Shown here: positions 1 through 11,810 of the stretch, piece after piece
Layout of the letters: every line of letters starts with the position of its first letter
How positions within the stretch are numbered: position 1 is the first letter of the stretch
Assembly: GCF_018350175.1 (NCBI RefSeq)
Contig: NC_058368.1
Location: 201,874,001-201,938,000, forward strand
Reading direction: 5' to 3'
Length of the DNA: 64,000 nucleotides
Source of the DNA: Felis catus
Lineage: Eukaryota
Notes under the pieces: model-generated
What the model was told of the DNA's origin: nothing
Databases searched by the model: none
Seen by the model: only the letters and a program-made list of their open reading frames with translations
Translations under genes and position numbers: made by a program

Positions 1-180
1 CACGATCTCGCGGTATGTGAGTTCGAGCCCCGCGTCGGGCTCTGTGCTGACTGCTCAGAGCCTGGAGCCTGTTTCCGATTCTGTGTCTCCCTCTCTCTCT
101 GCCCCTCCCCCGTTCATGCTCTGTCTCTCTCTGTCTCAAAAATAAATAAACGTTAAAAAAAAATTAAAAAAAAAATAAAT
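1..180 (+). mobile_element. CanSINE (SINEC_Fc), cut by window start
   Basis: B-box gagttcgagccc, CT-rich linker, AATAAA/A tail; CpGs retained. Confidence 0.92.
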
Positions 181-993
181 GAATAAATACACATTTAAAA
201 AAATGTAAATGTTGAGGCAATCCAGTGTATAAAGTTGCTTTCGCCACCTTTTCCTTCCAACAGCTTCTCATTTACCCTTTCCATGGAATAAATGAGAAAT
301 TTGCTTGGGACAAAAACGTGACAGTAACTTAGAAGCAAGAATTAGGATCTGTTTATCCCGTATCAGTTGTTTAGTGAGCCTTTGTTCAGTTATTTCTTGA
401 TAACAAAATTCATGCTTTTCACTTACGTATACATACATACATACATTGAAAGAAACTTTTTAGCTAACTGCTGTGTAGGAGGAAGTTGTGACATTTATCT
501 GCCAGCATCAGCAAAAGTGAGAGCTTGACCCTCAACAGACTATTGCACTTCATCTCATGGTTACCCTGTGTCACTCGGCCCTGGAACCACCACTTGCCTA
601 TTGGGCAAAGCGATGATGCAGCCGTGAAATTAAAAGTTGTTCCCTATAAAAACGACAGCAACAACAGAAAAAGGTTTTTCCCTACAGAGAAGGTTGTTAC
701 ATGTCAGAAAATGCAAGAAAAGTCAGCAGAAACTGCTGCATGTATCAGAATATACCCTGACTTCCTAAGGATCAGGGAGACTGGGACACTGCAAGGTACC
801 TGCAAGACAAAGGCTCTTGTGGTGGCCCTAAAACACATTTCAGCTGCCTTTCCAGAGAAACTACTTAATTTCCAGTATTACACAACTCAGGTAAAGAATG
901 GAGAAAAAAAAAAAATACAAGGGTAAGCAAACCAAGGAATATAAACAAAAACCTAAAATTTTTCAGGTTAGATAAAAAATCCTAACTATTCTA

Positions 994-1213
994 GGGGCAC
1001 CTGGGTGGCTCAGTCAGCTAAGCGTCTGACGGTTGATTTCAGCTCAGGTCATGATCTCAGTCGTGGGATCGAGCCCCGAGCTGGGCTCAGCACCAAGTGT
1101 GGATTCTCTACTTGGGATTCTCTCCTTCTCCCACTCTCTGCCCCTCCCCTGCTTGTGAATGTACACACACGTGCACTCTCTCTCTCTCTCTCTCAAAATA
1201 AATAAATAAATAG
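994..1213 (+). mobile_element. CanSINE
   Basis: ggggcacctgggtggctcag head, (CT)n, A tail; TSD aaatcctaa(c/g)tattctag. Confidence 0.92.
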
Positions 1214-1751
1214 AAATCCTAAGTATTCTAGAACTGTAGGTGAAGATCAGGAATCTAGACTAGTGGAGAGGAAAAGCATTATCACTGAATGCTGTGGTGA
1301 CCTGATAATGGCCAAAAGTGAGTCTGGAGAACCTTTAGATTCTAAAAATGATAAAAGTTTAGCCTTGGACTTTGTGACACTGAAAAAAAAAAACAAAAAC
1401 AAAAAACCCAGCACACAATTATACGAGTGAACATATACTTTGTTATTTATTGGGAAAAAAAAATAGCATGCAATTATAAAAATAAACATATGCTATTGCT
1501 ATTTTTTACTTTTATGTACATTTAATGTAATTTTTATTAGAAGTTGTTATTCAATGATAGTAGAGAAATGGAGAAAATTTTATATTTCCAAACCAGTCAG
1601 AGCAGTTGTCCTACCAAAAAAGGGGGGCAATTTTTTTTTTCCTTACTCTGCCTGCTCCTGAGGTCCTGGTTCCAGGAATTGGGCTAGTGCTTAACTAATG
1701 ATATCAAGTACTACCTGCTCTGACAGGTGCTAAGCTGGACACATCAGCATA

Positions 1752-2347
1752 TGTGCAGGAAAGGGTTAATGCAAGCCTTGGTTGCTCAAAGCCTGCACAT
1801 TCCCAAGAAAGGCCTGTCTTCAAGACTGGCCCTGGGCCAGTTCCAAGGAAATAAGCTCTGAGCCCTTAGAATATTCTGCCTGGTAAGAGTGCTTCCGTAT
1901 GCCCTAAGTCTTGGGCCATGCAATACCACTTTGCTCAGACAGTTTATGCTAACAAATGTGATGTATGGTGAAACCATTTTTGCTCTGGGAGGCTGGATTC
2001 TGAGTAGCTGAGGTCAATTCATAAAGGTGCAACATGCCTTTGTAACTGATCCCTCATAAAAACCCTGAACACCCAGGCTCAGGTGAGCTTCCCTGGTTGG
2101 CAACACTTTGCCTGTGCTGTCCCACATCACTGCTGGGAAAATTAAGTGTGTCCATAGGACTCTACTGACAAGACACCTGCAAACTTGTGCCCGTCTCCTG
2201 GACTTTGCCTGATGAGCCTTTGCCATTTGGTGATTTTATTCTGTACCCTTTTGCTATAATAAACTATAACTGTGAGTATAACAGCTTTCTGAGCCCTGTG
2301 ATTCCTTCTAGCAAACCACTGTGCCTGACAGTAGACTTCAGGACCCA
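1752..2347 (+). mobile_element. MER21-like solo LTR
   Basis: TG...CA ends flanked by AGCATA direct repeats (1746-1751, 2348-2353); motifs aaagggttaa, gagcttccctggttggcaacac, aataaac..taactgtgagtataacagc typical of MER21. Confidence 0.75.
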
Positions 2348-2539
2348 AGCATATTATCAAGTTCAATCCTGAAAACCTTGCAATATTACCGCCATCTCAC
2401 AGATGATAAAATCAAGACTTTGCAAAGAGGTTAAGTCATTTGGTTATTTAAAAGGAAACCAAATCAATCTGTCCATTCTGTTATACTGCACTGTAATGTT
2501 ACGAGTTACAAAGAATGTTTAAAATAATCTTATAAATTT

Positions 2540-2715
2540 GGGGTGCCTGGGTGGCTCAGTCGGTTATGCATCAACTTCGACTCAGGTCGTGATCTCACGG
2601 TTCATGAGTTCGAGCCCCCACATCAGGATCTCTGCTGTTGTCTCCCACTCTCTCTGCCCCTCCCCAGCTCATGCACTGTCTCTCTCTCTCTCTCAAAAAT
2701 AAACATTTAAAAAAA
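2540..2715 (+). mobile_element. CanSINE
   Basis: Head, B-box, CT tract, tail; TSD aataatcttataa. Confidence 0.9.
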
Positions 2716-2725
2716 TAATAATCTT

Positions 2726-2945
2726 GGGGCGCCTGGGTGGCGCAGTCGGTTGAGTGTCCGACTTCAGCCAGGTCACGATCTCGCAGTCCGGGAGTTCGAG
2801 CCCCGCGTCAGGCTCTGGGCTGATGGCTCAGAGCCTGGAGCCTGCTTCCGATTCTGTGTCTCCCTCTCTGCCCCTCCCCCGTTCATGCTCTGTCTCTCTG
2901 TGTCCCAAAAATAAATAAACGTTGAAAAAAAAATTAAAAAAAAAA
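2726..2945 (+). mobile_element. Young CanSINE (SINEC_Fc)
   Basis: ggggcgcctgggtggcgcag head with CpGs intact; TSD aataataatctt. Confidence 0.93.
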
Positions 2946-3904
2946 TAATAATAATCTTATAACTCAACCAACACTGGAAATATTTCCTTTGGAAACTATA
3001 AAATGCAATTTCATAAACCCTGAAAAATATTTAGACTACAATTAACCTGTAAACATGGTCCAATTTAAAGCTGGACTTACAAGAATTGTATGTATATCTG
3101 TGGTGGTTCTAAAAGCCATAATCATTAGTTTTTTAAACTATGAGGTGTCCCTCACCTGCCTACTCCTCCTGCCCACAAAAACTTTCCAGTGCGATGAAGT
3201 TCTCATTACTCTCTATCTTTGAGAACTGTGTGCCTGTGCATGTGTATGTGCATATTGTGGGTGGGGAGGTGGTTAGGGAGAAAGAAATAGGTATATTATT
3301 ATTTTCTTAATGTCTGCAAATGCAGTTTAGGTTACTTTTGCATGTTTAGGAGGAAAACTTAAAACGCATTGTAACTTCAACGTGTTGCAGGTATGTGCAC
3401 ACAAATGTCTGTGGGGGCGTCCGTGCATCATGTGTGCAAGAGAGACAACAACATACACATTTCAAATATGTTTTGTGTTTACGCTCAGTATTCAGCCACA
3501 GAAGTATCTGATGGCACCAACTCCTACTTGATTTTATTTGAAAAGTTCACCGGCATTATGTATTTCTACGGCAACTAAAAAATTAACAGGCATAGAATTT
3601 CTGTAACAGGTGTTAGTATTTCTTGGAATACTGATTATTTATTGCTTAGTATACTTAGAAAAAACTGATAGAAACATAATTTAAAATGGTGACTGTCTGC
3701 TATGTAATTAGCTGCATATTAAATCCATAATATAGGCTATGCATTTTAGTTTTATGCCAAGGCACTTTTATTTAATAAAAATCATTAATTTTATATTTTC
3801 CTAATTCAAATTTACATGCCTGTATCATGTAAAAAGAAGTTCTTAAACTTTCTACAGATCAGAATCCTTATTTAGAAGTTGAAAAAGTCTTGGCAAGCAC
3901 CTGA

Positions 3905-5010
3905 CTTTTTTTTTTTCTGGCTATTTAATAGACTTTCATTTTTAGAGCAGTTTGGAGATAGCACAATTGAGCAAAGTGTACAGAGATTTCCCATATACCC
4001 TCTATCCCCCATATGCAGAGCCTCCCCCATGATCAACAGCCCCCACCAGAGTGGTACATTTGTTACTAATGATGAACCCACAGTGACAGATCATTATCAC
4101 TAAGAGTCCATAGTTTACCCTTGGGCTCACTCTTGGTGTTGTACATTCTATGCATTTGTAAAAATGTATAATGACATGTATGCACCATTGTTATTTTTCG
4201 TGCCCTAAAAACACTCTCTGTTCTGCCTATTCATTATTTCCTGTAACCGCTGGTATTTCCACTGTCTCCATATTTTTGCGTTTTCAAGCATGTCATGTAG
4301 ATGGAATCATACAGTATGCAGCCTTTCGGACTGGTCTTGTTCATTTAGTCATAGGAATTATTTCCTCCATATCTTGTCAAGGCTTGATAGTTCATTCCTT
4401 TTTAGTGCTAAATAATATTCCATTGTCTGTATGTATCACAGTTGATTTATCCATTCACCAACTGAAGGACACCTTAGATGCTTCCGGGTTTTGGCAGTTT
4501 TGAATGAAGCTGCTATAAATATCCATGTGAGGGTTTTGTGTAAACTTAAGTTTTCAACCTCTTTGGGTAAATACAGAGGAGTGTGACTGCTGGACACTGT
4601 GGTAAGAACATCTTTATTCTTGTAAGAAACTGCCCAACTGTCTTCTTTTATTATCATTATTTTTAATGGCTATTTATTTTTGAGAGACAGAGCACGAACT
4701 CGGGAGGGGCAGAGAGAGAGGGAGTCACAGAATCCGAAGCAGGCTCCAGGCCCTGAGCTGTCAGCACAGAGCCCGAGACAGGGCTCGAACTCATAAACCA
4801 AGAGATCATGGCCTGAACTGAAGTCAAGAGTTGGATGCTTAACTAACTGAGCCACCCAGGCACCCCTGACAAAATGTCTTCTAATGACAGGACAATTCTG
4901 CATTTCCACTGTCAATGAATCAAGGCTTCCTGTTGCTTCCCATCTTCACCAGCATCTGGTGTTTTCAATGTTCTGAATTTTGGCCATTCTAATAGGTATG
5001 TAATGGTAAG
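3905..5010 (-). mobile_element. Old L1 3' end (L1MC/L1MB-like), interrupted by a SINE
   Basis: ttagagcagttt...gtacagagatttcccatatac, aagctgctataaatatccatg and ggccattctaataggt L1 3' motifs. Confidence 0.8.
4660..4866 (-). mobile_element. CanSINE
   Basis: Reverse-complement head gagccacccaggcacccc and (GA)n. Confidence 0.9.
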
Positions 5011-5219
5011 TACCTGTATTTTCATTTAAAAGTGCGTCTGAAATGTAACATTTCCGAGAATGTACCCCAAAGACAGGAAATGTCACACTTCTGTTTTAAA
5101 AAAAAGCTTCTGCAAAACTCCTACCCTAAGTAGATTTTTCCATGCCGATTACCTACAGCTGGAGAGGATTTCGTGTATGTTGGACATCAAGAATTGAGAA
5201 TACTGGAAATTTAACTCTC

Positions 5220-5432
5220 TTTTAAATGTTTACTTATTATCGAGAGACAGAGAGAGACAGAGCATCAACACGGGAGGGTCAGAGAGAGGGGGAGACACAG
5301 AATCTGAAGCACGGTCCATCCGGGCTCCAAGATGTCAGCGCAGAGCCCGACGCAGAGCTCAAACTTACAAACCGTGAGATCATGACCTGAGCCGAAGTCG
5401 GACACTTAACCGACTGAGCCACCCAGGAGCCC
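5220..5432 (-). mobile_element. CanSINE
   Basis: Reverse head; TSD tgagaa(t/c)actg(g/a)aaattt. Confidence 0.9.
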
Positions 5433-5499
5433 TGAGAACACTGAAAATTTTAAATCAATGACATAGGAAGTCAACACAGAAAGCTCATATTAAATCAAA

Positions 5500-5820
5500 A
5501 TGGGGATGGGGATAAAAGAAATGGGTGAAGGGGATCAAAAGGTACAAATTTCTCGTTCTAATTAAGTCATGGGGACATAATGTACAGCATGGTGACTACA
5601 GTTAATAACACTGTATTGCATATTTAAAAGTTGCTAGGAGAGTAGATCTTAAAAGTCCTTCTCACAAGAAAGAAAATTTTGTAACTACGTGTGGTGACAG
5701 ATGTTCATCAGGCATATTGTGGTGATCATTCCATACTACATGCAAATATCGAATCATTATGCTGTACACCTGAAGCTAATACGATGCTATATGTCAATTA
5801 TACTTCATTTTAAAAAGAAA
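5500..5820 (+). mobile_element. L1 3' UTR fragment (L1MA9/carnivore-type)
   Basis: aaggtacaaa...gtacagcatggtgactacagttaataac...tgtcaattatac then A-rich tail. Confidence 0.8.
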
Positions 5821-5870
5821 ACCAAACTAGTATGATTTTTAAAAAATGAAGTTTAAAATCTTTCTTGGTT

Positions 5871-6075
5871 GGGGTGCCTGGGTGGCTCAATTGGTTAAGT
5901 GGCCGACTTTGGCTCAGGTCACGATCTCACGTTGGTGAGCTCGAGCCCTGCATTGGGCTCTTTGCTGTCAGCACAGAACCCGCTTCGGATCCTCTGTCCT
6001 CCTCTCTCTCTGCCCCTCCCCTACTTGTGTTCTGTCTCTCTCAAAATAAATAAATAAACTTTTTAAAAAATAAAA
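5871..6075 (+). mobile_element. CanSINE
   Basis: Head/tail; TSD taaaatctttcttggt. Confidence 0.92.
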
Positions 6076-7755
6076 TAAAATCTTTCTTGGTGCAAATTTT
6101 ATCATTTGGGCATCACATTCAGCCAAGAATATGCAATTCTCATATTAATTGAATTAATTAAATCACCATTCTAGGCTGGTTTTCCCATAAGGATGGACTG
6201 CTCCAAAAAGAATAGGAAAGATTCTGGCTCACAGTGAATTATTCAAACTTTTTTCCTAGCTAACTAAAAATGAATTTGACCATTCACTAGAGAAATCATA
6301 TCAAATTCTGTGGTGATAATAAAGTGATGACTGCTTGACAGCTAGAGGGCCTTTTTTTTTTTTTTTTCTCAGATCTAGCTGTGGTGCATTTTAATGAGAA
6401 ATGATGACAGCACCTTATGAAGTGGATCTTAACATCCTGCTTAGATCTTCACCATAACAATATCTAAGACTTTGTTCTTAAGAAGATCAATGCCACAGAA
6501 ACATACAGACTGACAAACGTATTATCACAACCATGAATTCACTCAGTTGAGATTCTGTGCACTGACTTCAAACAAAAAACCTAGAATTTACTGGATTCCC
6601 AGTATCTGTGAGGTTCCACTGGCTTCCCTGAATCACCACAGCTATGGACTATTCATGTAAGAATGGGTCTACTGTTAACATGCATCATTTAAAATATACA
6701 CCTGGCCCTGAGTCCACAGGAGTACACTTTAAAGCACTGGCTTCATTCTCCATTCATGCGTTACCGAAAGTAAGGCGACTTCCTAAAGTTTAATGGCTGA
6801 CGCTGTCTGAAAAATTAAAAGAGTCTGCTTTGCTTCCTGACTAATGCCGGAAAAACTCTGAGAAAGATTTTAAAACCCCTTCAGTAAATTTCTCATTTGG
6901 TCACTGGGTGGAAATTGTATAAAATACTTTCATTGATTTCTAGATGTAATTTATCAAAAACAAAAAAAAAAAAGAAAGAAAGAAACATTGAGATAAATTC
7001 CAGATTTCCCTTACCATGAATTTCTCCAAAAGTATATACTCCACCAAAGACTGCTCACTAAGAAGCCCTACTGCAGTCAAAGCGGCAGAATTCAAGAGGA
7101 CATAATGAGTACTTCTGCTACACAAAAATCATTATTTATCTCAAACACTTCCTTATGAGGCTGACTTCTGATCCTGCACCAGACTGGGTCCTGCTGGCTT
7201 CAAGGCTGTGAAGAAGAATAGTTGAAAGCCCTTATAAATGGATTCAACACGACTGAGGACAAAGTGACAGACACAGAGAAATAAACCCTCATACAAAACA
7301 GTGAGTGGCACGAAATGCCGAACGCCTTTAACCAAAACTTTCCTGGTCATAAAGCAAGTTTTATAAAAATCACCGAAAATAAATTCTTCAGGGCTCAAGG
7401 TGAATCGGCAATTTCTATTTCTACTATACTGCTGTTTACTCAAAAACTGTTCTTAATGACTAAGACTCAGAGTTTGCCAAAGTGTTTTCCACAAAACAAC
7501 TCTCTCAAGACGTTCCAGATCTGCGCTCAAATAAGTCTGAAAAGCCTGAATACTTCATTCACCTCTTGGATATGCATAACGTACAGTAATATATAAAAAG
7601 CTCTAAAATGCCAACCATTAGAAAGGTTTAATGTTGTTTATCTCAGCATTTCCCAGACATATTTGGCCATACACCTAACACCTAATTAAACAGTTTGGGA
7701 ATGTTATCACATAATGTAAGAAAAATATGACTGTCGTTTAAGAAGTAGTAGGAAA

Positions 7756-7945
7756 GGGGCACCTGGGTGGCTCAGTTGGTTAAGCGTCTGACTCTTGATT
7801 TCAGCTCAGGTCATGACCTCATGGTTCGTGGGATCAAGCCCCACGTCGGGCTCTGTGCTGACGGCTCAGATCTGCTTGGGATTCTTTCACTCCCTTTCTT
7901 TCTGTCTCTCCCCTCCCCTCAAAATAAATAACATTTTTTTTTAAT
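7756..7945 (+). mobile_element. CanSINE
   Basis: Head, body, AATAAA tail; degenerate TSD. Confidence 0.9.
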
Positions 7946-8869
7946 GAAATAATAGGAAATATTTATTGTATTCTAGGCACTCTGCTGGGAACCAGAATTC
8001 TAGTCTTTAAACAGAATATTGATTTTTTGTGACTTTTTTTCTTTATTTGACTTACATTCTCTCTTTGACACAGCTCTGTCCTTAACAGCATTTTTGTTGT
8101 TTTCCAATTCTGTCTGAACTTTTTTCTTCATAGCTGTGAAAGCCTAACAAATGTAAAGTAGTTACATTGAGTCTCTGGCTCCAATCTACACTTTGTGTAC
8201 AGTAAATATTCTATAAGTGGTTCTTGGATTCCTGGAATAACAACCTATACTTGTTTTTTAAACAAAATAATGATGAAAACCCAAATAACTACAGCACTTC
8301 TGAGTTGGTTGACAAATCCTAAGGACACTTGCAGGCCATGAGTAAGATCTTTTCCATCTACATTTCAAAATGTTCAGAAAGAAACCCTCTTGGGGAAAGT
8401 CTGTTAGCAGCTAGCTTTCTGCTACTCCTATACAGAGAAAATTGATCTGACTGCACAAAGGTTTAAGTGGATGATTCCCTTTTAAATTTAACATTCTGCT
8501 TTGGCATCCCTCCCCCTCCCACCACCATTAATACCAAGAAGGTGTCAGCCATAAACTGGGATGTCACTGATATGCAAATGAACTACACCCAAAACTTGTT
8601 GTTGCCATTACTCTGTAATGAACCGAGAACTACCCAGAACTATTCATATTCTCATCCCATCCTCCTCAGATCTCACTTTGTCTTATTCTGTTTGTCCTAC
8701 TCATGATCTTACTCTATCCCTTCTTGACCATAAATTTGTCATATATTTTCACACAGATGCCACCTGTGGTCAAAGAAAAGATTAAATGAACTGGCATTGG
8801 TGATAATAAAAATCACGAACATGATATCCAAAGCAAGCGTATTTTGTGACACAGAATCTATCAATCAAT

Positions 8870-9430
8870 AAACCTTCAACAGCTGTGCATGCTTAATGCA
8901 CTAAATACAACCTGCTGTTGAATGAAGAGACCAGGTCAATAAACAAACAGTGGAAGCCTAAGAAATGCATACGACTGGATAGGAAGGTTGCCCTAGAAAG
9001 CCAAGAATGGGGGCTTAAATTTGATATGGAGAAAACCGTGGTCACATTTGAAGGCTTCCATGCAGAAAAAATGCTACGGTTAAATTCATACTTAAAAGAG
9101 TTCAGGTACCAATGAACTGGATGGGTGAGGGGCTGTTAATCTAGAATTTTTAAACACTGGGTTAAAGTGACTGACGTAAGTCAAGGTGATCACGGCCGGG
9201 ACCAAATGTGGACCCTGGGAAAGATGAAGATGCCCACAGTGATTTCAAAGGAAGAGTCAGCAGAGGAGCATATGAAGCGGAAAGAAATGAAGAGGGAGGT
9301 GAGACACATGAGACCTGAGGTTCAAATGATGTGATATCAGGGAAAGGCTGGGAAGAGAAGCTTCTTTTAACGAGGAAATCACGAGTTGTTCTGATAGGCT
9401 GGGTTGAGTGTCCACCATTTAAGTGAGACA
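8870..9430. mobile_element. L2 fragment (highly decayed)
   Basis: Purine-rich L2-like texture; weak motif similarity only. Confidence 0.4.
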
Positions 9431-11189
9431 ACTGAACAGAAAACCTAAATTATGTCACAATAAAATAGGAATGACAAGCCTTATTTTGTTAATAAAAACC
9501 TATTTCTTATTAGCGTTTCCTGGGGGTACATGGAAAATAAGATTTCAAAAATTTAGAGAATGAAAAAGAAAGATTACACGCCAATAACTTTACAATTCCA
9601 CACTAAGTCAGTGGCAGCTGTCTTAAAGCAAGATTTATCAACTACAGCACAATCTATCCAACAGCAAATCTGTGCAGAGAATTACAAAATATTTTTAGGA
9701 CTGATAAATTTTCACTTATATGTATTTTTCAAAATGCTGCCGAGAGAAATGATGGGGAATTTAAACGGATCAGCCCAATATTTGTGTAAGGATTCCACAG
9801 CCAATGTACATAATTTTCTCACTGTTAATGCTCAGCACTGGGCTCGGGCACTTCCCTTGCCAACCAGTGGAATGTTCAGTACTGCCCCTGGCTGACATCC
9901 CACTAAGCAATCCTTCCCCAACCTCAAACATTCCCAACTATCCTAGTCATGCCAATTCAACCAATGCCCCTCAACCTTACATAAACATTGACTTACACTG
10001 AAATATATCCCTACTCTGCTTCATACTAACTGTAGGCTATTTAAATGGCCTAAGCCTAAGTTTCTTTAGCTATAAAATGTAAAATAGCTGACAAAATACC
10101 TACTCGTCTTTGTTGCAAACATAGGATGTACGGTAGGCAAAAGGCATAGCAGAGACTGTGACCAAAAAGATGATTAAGAGTATTATCTTGACCCGTGAAG
10201 TAAATGGGGTTTAAATATTTTAGTATGTAAGTTTCAGTGAAGTTAAATTCGTGTTAAAAATTGGTGGCTATTTTAGGTCAGTGGTTTTGAAATTCATTTA
10301 ACAATGAAACTTTTTTTCAAAAAAACCGTACACAGAAAAGAGCCAAAGCAGCTATAGTCTACAAAGGGATGAGAGAGCCCAGATCTCATTCCCTCACTTG
10401 GCTTCCTTTGCACTCCCTTCCACCAGGCACCCCAATTTCCAATGTCTGTTCTCAGGGCTCCAAGGAACACACTATAAAAAGTAGCAACTGATACAGTATA
10501 AGATTATGGGAAGCAAGTCCCCACTGCCAAGAGGAATGCGGTAATTTCTGATTTTAAAAAATGATCATTCTTTCCCTTATGACATCTTAAGGAGCGCTTG
10601 ATAGTTTCAAAATAATTGTATATTTCAAGATTTCTAGAGTGAGTATGTAATTCTTTCACAATGAAAATTGATTAATCTTTTTCAGATGATCTTTTTCTAC
10701 TTTGCCACCCTCCCGATGTCCCCATTCCTGCACACCTTTGTACACTCCTCCTTTCTAAGAAAGTCAAAACAAATGCACTTTTGCAATCAAGTAGCTTGTC
10801 TCTCTCCATGACATCCCATGAGTAAGAAATTCAACACTGGGAGCCCAGGTGATTTAGGGCCCCCAGAAAATTTGCTTGATCACCAAAGTGCTATTGATTT
10901 TTTAAACTGAAATTAAATACTTTTAAGAGTCCAAACTCTCCAGTGTGTCATAGTCTTCATAACTCTCTTCAAATGTTAAGCCACTGCATTATCTTCCTGT
11001 CCCCTGAAAGCATTTGAGCATGCCACAGGGCTTATAACTTGGCAAGGCAACTTTTGGATTCTTAAGAGAGTCCACTGCAAGTGACATTACCAGATTTGGG
11101 GCTTTTTGAAGTATGTGATCATCTCTATACCTAGTCATTTAGTTAGGAAATTGCTCCCCACCTGCCAAAAGACCTTTTAGCGTTCCTAT

Positions 11190-11571
11190 AATGATTGATT
11201 CAATATCTACTTATTCAGAAAACATAGTGTACTAAGCAGTGAGCTAGGGGCAAGGGAAAAATGCAGTGAATAGGACAGGCCCTACCTCCCAGAGGCTCAA
11301 GGTCAGACAGACGATCAAGTAAACTTAGGTGCTAACAACACAATGTGACATCATGGTTTTAGAAGTATCTAGCAGTGGGGCACCTGGGTGGCTCAGTCAG
11401 CTAAGCACCCATCTCTTGACTTCGGCTCAGGTCATGATCTCACTGTTCATGAAATCGAGTCCCATGTCGGGCTCTGCTCTGACAGCGCAGAACTTGCTGA
11501 AGATTCTGTCCCTCCTCTCTCTCTGTCCCTCCCCTGTTCATGCACGCACTCACTCTCTCTCTCTCTCAAAA

Positions 11572-11610
<39 letters not shown>

Positions 11611-11810
11611 ATATTAAAACAAAAAAACTAAAAGAATAATCCAGGGACAGGCAAGGGGATGCCAGGAAAGGCTTCTCAGAGGGGAATTTGGCTTAGCAAA
11701 GATCCAACAATGAATGCGGGGAAGGGGTGGGAAGACAGGGTGTAGATGGGTGTTCAGCACGTGCAAAGGCACAGGAGAAAGAAGAGGTAGCATGTGATTG
11801 GAGGGATTGC
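11190..11810. mobile_element. L2 3' fragment interrupted by SINE
   Basis: cagtgaataggacagg..ccctac, ccaggaaaggcttctcagagg, cagcacgtgcaaaggcacagg motifs. Confidence 0.55.
11377..11620 (+). mobile_element. CanSINE with (TAAA)n tail
   Basis: Head, body, CT tract, (TAAA)n. Confidence 0.92.

Noticed and set aside
994..1080. tRNA-like A/B box sequences (here and in all SINE heads)
   Set aside because: tRNA-derived CanSINE heads followed by CT tract and A tail, not tRNA genes
3905..4530. Similarity to 36925-37520 suggesting a segmental duplication
   Set aside because: Both are independently diverged 3' ends of the same old L1 family; flanks are unrelated
9895..10000. C/A-rich, G-poor stretch suggestive of a NUMT
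   Set aside because: No mitochondrial gene or peptide recognised; would need BLASTN to felid mtDNA to revive
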